A stretch of 15,634 nucleotides of DNA, taken from the NCBI RefSeq assembly GCF_000143415.4, contig NW_003314378.1, forward strand, positions 418,746 through 434,379, given 5' to 3'. Both the position numbers and the translations under genes were made by a program. Origin of the DNA: Selaginella moellendorffii (lineage: Eukaryota > Plantae > Lycopodiophyta). The notes under the pieces are model-generated. The model saw only the letters and a list, made by a program, of their open reading frames with translations, was not told the origin of the DNA and did not search any database. Positions 9,601 to 15,634 of the stretch are shown piece after piece (within the stretch, counting starts at the first letter, position 1; each line of letters begins with the position of its first letter).

Positions 9601-12055
9601 CAAACTGACAGTGGTCATAAAAAACGAAAGCACATTGGACAATCGTCGGGATCAGAGGCGTTTGATTCGAAAAGGAAGAAGGGCAACGAAAAGATGATAG
9701 GTAATGCCTCGTAGTTATGGCATGTGTGCTCATGCCATTCATTGCAGATCAAGGGCTGAGTGAAAGCAGCCAGTCACCACCTCCTGACTCAGATTCCTAT
9801 GGCAGACTCCCCTTCCCCAATCTCAATGGAGAGGTACAATGGATGAGGGATGCTTTTCAAGTCAGGGCCACGTTTTTCTCATCTCGTCGTCTTCGAAGGG
9901 TGCAAGAACGTGCAGAAACCATGTTAAAACAGTCGGGTGAGGATACGGTCCTAGGTCACGCACTAAAACAGGCTATGGATGTCTTGTATTTTGAGATGGA
10001 GACTCGGCCAGATGATTTTCCCAAGATGGTCCTGGAAGAACAAGCCATCCAGCCTGAGCAGCCTATGGAAGAAATGCAGGAGGGGGATGAGGAGCCAGAG
10101 AAAGATAATGAGCAGAAAGAGCAGAAGGACGAAGAGGAGGACGAAGAAGAGGAGGACGAAGAGGACTTGGATGGTCCTCACAATGGTGACGATCACAATA
10201 ACAATAACGACGATGATGACGACGATGGCTAGCCTAAGGTGGCCAAAGAGCAGCGGAGGAAGGTCATACAAGACAAACCATCAGGTAAATAATAGTACAT
10301 CCATTCCTAACCTTTTACCATTTCTAACATTGTCCATGTAGGTCGCAGAGCAAATGGTAAGTAGAGATTATTCAGTTGAATTAAGATACAAACTCTAGCC
10401 TTTAGTGTCGAGGAAGGATAGTGCCAAGCAAGGGTCGAAACGTATGTCCAATCCTTTAGAATCAGTAGTGCGCCCAAGTGATATCGGTCCTAGTTCCTCA
10501 ATAGCAGTTGATGGTAAATACAGTATAGTCGATTCAATGTGCTAATGAGTTTGTTTTTAGTAGCACGGGAGGATACCATCTCAATCGAAGGGAGATATTT
10601 GGACATGCATATGGATCCACCAATGGACTCTACTTGCCTGCAAGAGTCATCAGAGCTGGTGGAGGCTACTATCCATATCAACGCCAAGCAAGTTGACCAC
10701 GCTCCACTTGATGCTGCCCATACCACTGAGTCAATCTTGTCCATGTATCCAACTGACGGTGACCAGGCACCATTGGACCCGCATGAGGCCGCCCCAGCCG
10801 CCGAGCCGGTCGTATCCTCATTTCCAACGGACTCAACGTGTGCCCAATCGTCTGACTACGCGCCGTTGGAACCTCCCTACACCGCCCCTGCTGCCTGTTT
10901 GGTCATGTCCACTTTGCCAACGGAGGCACCAGCTGAAATGGTGTGTGATCACACGCCATCGGAACCACCCCATGCCACTGTTGAGCCAGTTGTACCAAAG
11001 TCTACAGCTGAAATGGCATGTGCCCACACGCCATCGGATGCGATTGACCCCACATTGCAGAGGAGAGTATTTCCGCCCTTCACATTTCCTCGACTAAAAC
11101 CCTCTCAACGACCATCAGGAGCACCATTCGCTAATATTGTAGATGGTAAAATTGACTTGTACCATTTTTTATGCTGACGCATTTCATTTCAGAGTCACGG
11201 CGAAGGTACTGTATCGTTTTTGATCTGAACGGTGTCCTTTTCTCCCATGAGCGTGGCTCGTCCTCGAATGTCACTGCACCCTCCAAAGCCTGTGGTCGCA
11301 AGTTGGTCAAAAGAGACAGATTCACATTAATCACAGGGGAGAAACTGCGGGATCTAATAATGACCATGCGACACTTAAAACAGAGGGCCGGGTTCAATTT
11401 GCAATTGGGAGTTTGGACATCCATGATGCGCCACAATGCATTAACGTTGCTACAGATGATGCACGATCAGACGCGAGTAATATTACCATTTGACTTTCTC
11501 CTAACGCAAGAGGATTGCTTGACTATGGTCTATGTGAGGGGTAGCAAGCCCATCTTCGTCAAGCCAGAGGCTGTAGTGATGAATCGGACTGCTAGGTCAA
11601 GTGAAATCCTCATCATCGATGACTCGCCGATTAAAACTGCAGCGAACACACACACATATGCAGTGCACCCCATCTCTTGCAGTATGGAAACTAGGGAGAA
11701 GAAACCGTATGTTCTGGGGGACTTTGCAAAACGGCTTGAAGCGATGGTGATAGAGAACCGGCCAGTCCAGGAGGTGGCTGCAGAAATCAACCAAATGGCA
11801 GATGGAACGGTATATCAGAAGCCATTTGATCGGACAAACACCAGTCATCATTTATGGCATGTATATTGTCTAGCCAAGCACTATCCGCATCTCCATAATC
11901 TGCTCAACCGGATGGGTTCTTCGACCACTGAACATGAGCGTGGATGTATTAGAGAAGAGATGGCATTACTATTGGGTTTAAATCCTGATAGTGTGGAGAG
12001 TGATGAAATTCCAAGATTATTGTATAGGCGTTGGAGGCAAAAAATAACAGTCTGA
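6601..12055 (+). pseudogene. Multi-exon transposon cargo gene (~1650 codons, 5'-truncated): ParB/Srx-like, degenerate MTase-like, acidic/Pro-rich linker, FCP1/NIF-like HAD domain
   Basis: Predicted GT-AG introns 6616-6696, 7876-7929, 9253-9302, 9390-9427, 9518-9556, 9701-9747, 10285-10341, 10357-10405, 10514-10560 and 11146-11192 join ORFs 6676..8766, 8772..9269, 9400..9714, 9717..10232, 10539..11177 and 11171..12055 with consistent phase. The model needs one 1-bp frameshift repair at ~8762-8764 and one TAG at 10230-10232. Confidence 0.7.
11193..12055 (+). CDS. Last exon: FCP1/NIF (CTD-phosphatase-like) HAD-fold domain
   Basis: Motif I CIVFDLNGVL (DLNGVL at 11222-11239), motif II GVWTSMMRHN, FDFLLTQEDC, FVK, motif IV ILIIDDSPIKT..N..A.HP. 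Confidence 0.75.
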
Positions 12056-12504
12056 GATGGCATGTATTTATTTAAAAATGTAACTTATTATGGCATGGGG
12101 TTCCATGCCATTGTATTAATATTAAAAGACAATTCTTTGAGAGGATTTGCATTATACTAGAAGTGTTACAGCATGTTATTGGAAGTCTACGAAGTTGTTT
12201 TATTAATAAGGGGAAAGTAAAGATTGAATGGGGACTTGGGCTCCACCTAGACTCGGAGCAACTAAGCCAATATTAAAAGGATGGAAAGAAATTGGACGAC
12301 GATGACAAGGAGAAAAGAGAGGTGAAGCAGTGGCAGGGGGAGGAGAAGTGATTGAGTAGACATTTCCTTGTTTAAAATAAAATGGCATGTGCCTCAATGC
12401 AGTTGAATTTTGTTATATTTATATACTATATAAAGGTTTGGAAACCTTATTTTACAAGTGGGATAATGACAATTCCCACTTTAACGAAATAGAGCTTGTT
12501 TGGA

Positions 12505-13113
12505 GTTTCTAAGAGGTCACCCAACTTAGTATTATTTAAACCCATGGATATTTCACTTTAAATATCCTAAGATATTGGGAAAGGGGGTGCATTTTTATTT
12601 ATAAGCCCTTTCCTTTTATATTTATACCCGATGGATCATCTTTGAAGTTGTTTTCTTTGGTTAGTTATAATTCATTACAGTTCTTTGCAAATCACGCCCT
12701 TGTAAATGGAAGTTGAGAGCCATAGCTCTCTTGAGAGCCTAGCTCTTTTGACACCTTACCTCTCGAGTTGAGCCCAACCAGAGGCAAACTAAACCTTCCA
12801 ATGTCAATCACAATATATGGCATGATTTTTTAACTAATCAATAATGTCAGATCCAAGAACTTTTGAATACCATGAACTCCTAAATTTGAACTTCCTAAGA
12901 GGTTATTTAACCTAATACTATTTAAACCCATAGATGCTTAATCACAAATATCCCAAAAACTTTTATAACAAAAGATCTTCTATTATTCTCTCTGTGTCAG
13001 TTGATACAGGTTTAAGTTTATCTGAAAAAGGGATGCACTCTAATATATAGGCCCTTTCTCTTTATATTTAAACTCTATGAATTAGCTTTCAAGTTGTTTT
13101 CTTTAGTTGTTAA
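12505..13113. repeat. Diverged direct repeat (~12505-12667 and ~12891-13113)
   Basis: Collinear blocks CTAAGAGGT, TATTTAAACCCAT, AAATATCC, GCCCTTT..TTTATATTTA and AAGTTGTTTTCTTT occur in both copies. The second copy has a ~60-bp insertion. Confidence 0.75.
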
Positions 13114-13264
13114 CACTTTACTGTGAGACATAAAATCCCTAGGCCCCAAACTGGAGCCGAAAGGGTGCCACGTGGTAGTGGCCAAAGTGAAAGCTAAATG
13201 AGCATAACTCGTTTGGACTAAAAGCTATAACTTGAAAAGTCGAGAGGGGGAGTGGAACTCCAAT

Positions 13265-13876
13265 TGTAGCGCACCTTATCTCTCTCCCCTTAAGCCAACT
13301 GGAAAAGGGGCAATTGCTTGATGAGAGAGCCCTTAGTGGCTATTTTATCCCCATTTATCCCCCAAGGTTCCAAGGATCCACGGTGACAGTATATCCAAAC
13401 CCCCCCTTTAGAGATGTCAATGTCCTCATTGACTATTGACTAGCAACCCCTACTGAGCCAAGGGGAACCAGCACCTCCATTTCCGCACTCAATCTACCAA
13501 TCCTTCCATTGTGTAGACCAGCTATTCCATGTGAGGCAACTAGTCATCCACCCGTACTGCAGTCCCACGGTGGATACCTTCGTCCGTGGATACACCACAC
13601 AAGAGGAAGGACGTACGCATGGATGCTTAATACGTACGATTTCAAATTTAGGGGTAGGAATATACCTTGCTCAAGGGTATATTATACTTTTAAGTAGCCA
13701 CTAATCAATGGGAATCGAACCCGTGCCATTTGCTCCGATACCAACTGTAGCGCACCTTATCTCTCTCTCCTTAAGCCAAATGGAAAAGGGGCAATTGCTT
13801 GATGAGAGCCCTTAGTGGCTATTTTATCCCCATTTATCCCCCAAGGTTCCAAGAATCCACGGTGACAGTATATTCA
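13265..13876 (-). mobile_element. TRIM-like non-autonomous LTR retrotransposon (612 bp)
   Basis: TG..CA direct repeats at 13265-13397 (133 bp) and 13746-13876 (131 bp), differing by 4 substitutions and one 2-bp indel. PBS TGGTATCGGAGCA (minus, 13743-13731, tRNA-iMet-like) lies 2 nt from the 5' LTR. PPT AAAGGGGGGG (minus, 13409-13400). No coding capacity. No clean 5-bp TSD (flanks CCAAT and AATCT). Confidence 0.85.
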
Positions 13877-13974
13877 AATCTCATCCCATGATCACATGAG
13901 CTACACCAATGAAGGGCTCAAGGAACAAGCACGAAGCGAACCATGAGTGAGTCTCTAAAAAAGGGGACACAAGA

Positions 13975-15634
13975 GGACCCGAGATAGACCCGAGATAGAG
14001 TTCAAGATAGAGTCCGAGATGGACCCGAGATGGACATGAGATGGAGTTCGAGATAAAGTCTGAGATGGACCCGAGATAGACTCGAGATGGAGTCCGAGAT
14101 GGAGTTTGAGATGGACCAGAGATGGACCTGAGATGGAGTCCGAGATGGACTTGAGATGGACCCAAGATGGAGTCCGAGATGGAGTTTGAGATGGACTCGA
14201 GATGGAGTCCGAGATGGAGTCTGAGATGGACCAGAGATGGACCTGAGATGGAGTCCGAGATGGACTTGAGATGGACCCAAGATGGAGTCCAAGATGGAGT
14301 TTGAGATGGACTTGAGATGGAGTCCGAGATGGACCCGAGATGGAGTCCGAGATGGAGTCCGAGATAGACCCGAGATCGAGTCCGAGATGGATCCGAGATG
14401 GACCCGAGATGGAGTCCGAGATGGAGTCCGAGATGGACCTGAGATGGACCCGAGATTGAGTCCGAGATGGAGTCTAAGATGGATCAGAGATGGACCTGAG
14501 ATGGAGTCCGAGATGGATCCGAGATGGACCCGAGATGGAGTCCAAGATGGACCTGCGATGGACCCGAGATGGAGTCCAAGACGGAGTCTGAGATGGATCA
14601 GAGATGGACCTGAGATGGAGTCCGAGATGGAGTCTGAGATGGAGTCCAAGATGGAGTCTAAGATGGACTTGAGATGGACCCAATATGGAGTCCGAGATGG
14701 AGTCTGAGATGGATCCGAGATGGACCTGAGATGGAGTCCGAGATGGATCCGAGATGGACCCGAGATGGAGTCCAAGATGGACCTGCGATGGAGTCCAAGA
14801 TGGAGTCTGAGATGGATCAGAGATGAACCTGAGATGGAGTCCGAGATGGAGTCTGAGATGGAGTCTGAGATGGAGTCCAAGATGGAGTCTAAGATGGACT
14901 TGAGATGGACCCGAGATGGATCCGAGATGGACCCGAGATGGAGTCCGAGATGGAGACCCGAGATAGAGTCCGAGATGGAGTCCGAGATGGAGTCCAAGAT
15001 GGAGTCTGTGACGGACCAGAGATGGACGAGAGATGGAGTCCGAGATGGATCCGAGATGGAGTCTGAGATGGATCCCGAGATGGACCTGAGATGGAGTCTG
15101 AAATGGACCTGAGATGGACCTGAGATGGAGTACAAGATGGAGTCTGAGATGGATCAGAGATGGACCTGAGATGGAGTCCAAGATGGACCTGAGATGGAGT
15201 CCAAGATGGAGTCCAAGATGGACCCAAGATGGAGTCCGAGATGGAGTTTGAGATGGACTCGAGATGGAGTCCGAGATGGAGTCTGAGATGGACCAGAGAT
15301 GGACCTGAGATGGAGTCTAAGATGGACTTGAGATGGACCCAAGATGGAGTTTGAGATGGAGTTTGAGATAAACTTGAGATGGAGTTTTAGATGGACCCGA
15401 GATGGAGTCCGAGATGGAGTCCGAGATGGACTTGAGATGGAGTCCGAGATGGATCCGAAATGGACCCGAGATGGAGTCCGAGATGGAGTCCGAGATGGAG
15501 TCCGAGCTGGACCTGAGATGGACCTGAGATGGAGTCCAAGATGGAGTTTGAGATGGATCCGAGATTGACCCGAGATAGAGTCCGAGATGGAGACCCGAGA
15601 TAGAGTCCGAGATGGGTCTGTGATGACCAGAGAT
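13975..15634. repeat. Minisatellite of mixed 11-bp (GAGATGGACCC) and 12-bp (GAGATGGAGTCC) units, running off the window end
   Basis: Directly visible. Most variants are CCGA to CTGA, CCAA, TTGA or CTAA. Confidence 0.97.

Larger units (their letters stand above)
1..12402. mobile_element. Large two-gene Sola-like DNA transposon remnant (transposase plus divergent cargo gene), central part replaced; ends not defined
   Basis: The transposase and the plus-strand gene share the same dispersed 20-bp palindrome and similar composition. No TIR or TSD is identifiable. The left end probably lies outside the window, and the right limit is taken from the last degenerate motif copy (12383-12402). Confidence 0.5.
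40..12402. repeat. Dispersed 20-bp palindrome TGGCRTGWGGCCWCAYGCCA (~12 copies)
   Basis: Copies at 40-59, 1382-1401, 1439-1458, 6621-6640, 7898-7917, 9396-9415, 9537-9556, 9718-9737, 10939-10958, 11014-11033, 12091-12110 and 12383-12402 (degenerate). Half-sites at ~7886-7897, ~10781-10790 and 12058-12065. Confidence 0.9.

Noticed and set aside
40-12402. Palindromic repeats as a CRISPR array or REP elements
   Set aside because: Spacing is irregular (57 bp to over 5 kb), the context is eukaryotic and intron-containing, and no cas or RAYT genes are present.
13122-13264. Additional LTR start (TGTGAGACA) and Copia-like PPT (GAGAGGGGGAG, 13242-13252)
   Set aside because: No partner LTR or coding sequence in the window supports it.
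13700-13745. tRNA gene
   Set aside because: Only a T-arm and a PBS are present; there is no anticodon arm or acceptor stem.
13265-13876. Cassandra element
   Set aside because: No 5S rRNA-like sequence is visible in the LTRs.
13881-15568. Long ORFs in the satellite (SISDSISG..., MESEMD...)
   Set aside because: They are artefacts of a stop-poor tandem repeat that is open in several frames on both strands.

Overview
Eukaryotic, repeat-derived DNA. It is most likely from a non-seed land plant with very short introns, such as a lycophyte or bryophyte; this is an inference. No intact host gene is visible. The window appears to hold a large, decaying Sola1-like (DUF7869-type DDD) DNA transposon. 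Its transposase is on the minus strand (~2412 to 60). A divergently oriented cargo gene of ~1650 codons with 10 predicted introns is on the plus strand (~6601-12055). The cargo protein reads as a ParB/Srx-like N-terminal region, a degenerate DNA-methyltransferase-like region, a low-complexity linker and an FCP1/NIF-like HAD domain. A 20-bp palindrome (TGGCRTGWGG-CCWCAYGCCA) occurs about 12 times across both genes, sits inside 5 of the 10 cargo introns, and was not seen elsewhere in the window. The 5' ends of both genes are missing and replaced by a ~4.2-kb block. That block contains an AT-rich degenerate gene fragment with a 180-bp inverted duplication, plus the 3' half of a Ty3/Gypsy chromovirus (RNase H end, integrase, chromodomain, PPT, LTR). 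The right end has a diverged direct repeat, a ~612-bp TRIM-like LTR element with a tRNA T-arm/B-box next to its PBS, and an 11/12-bp GAGATGGA(CCC/GTCC) satellite. All domain calls come from motif recognition by eye, not database searches.
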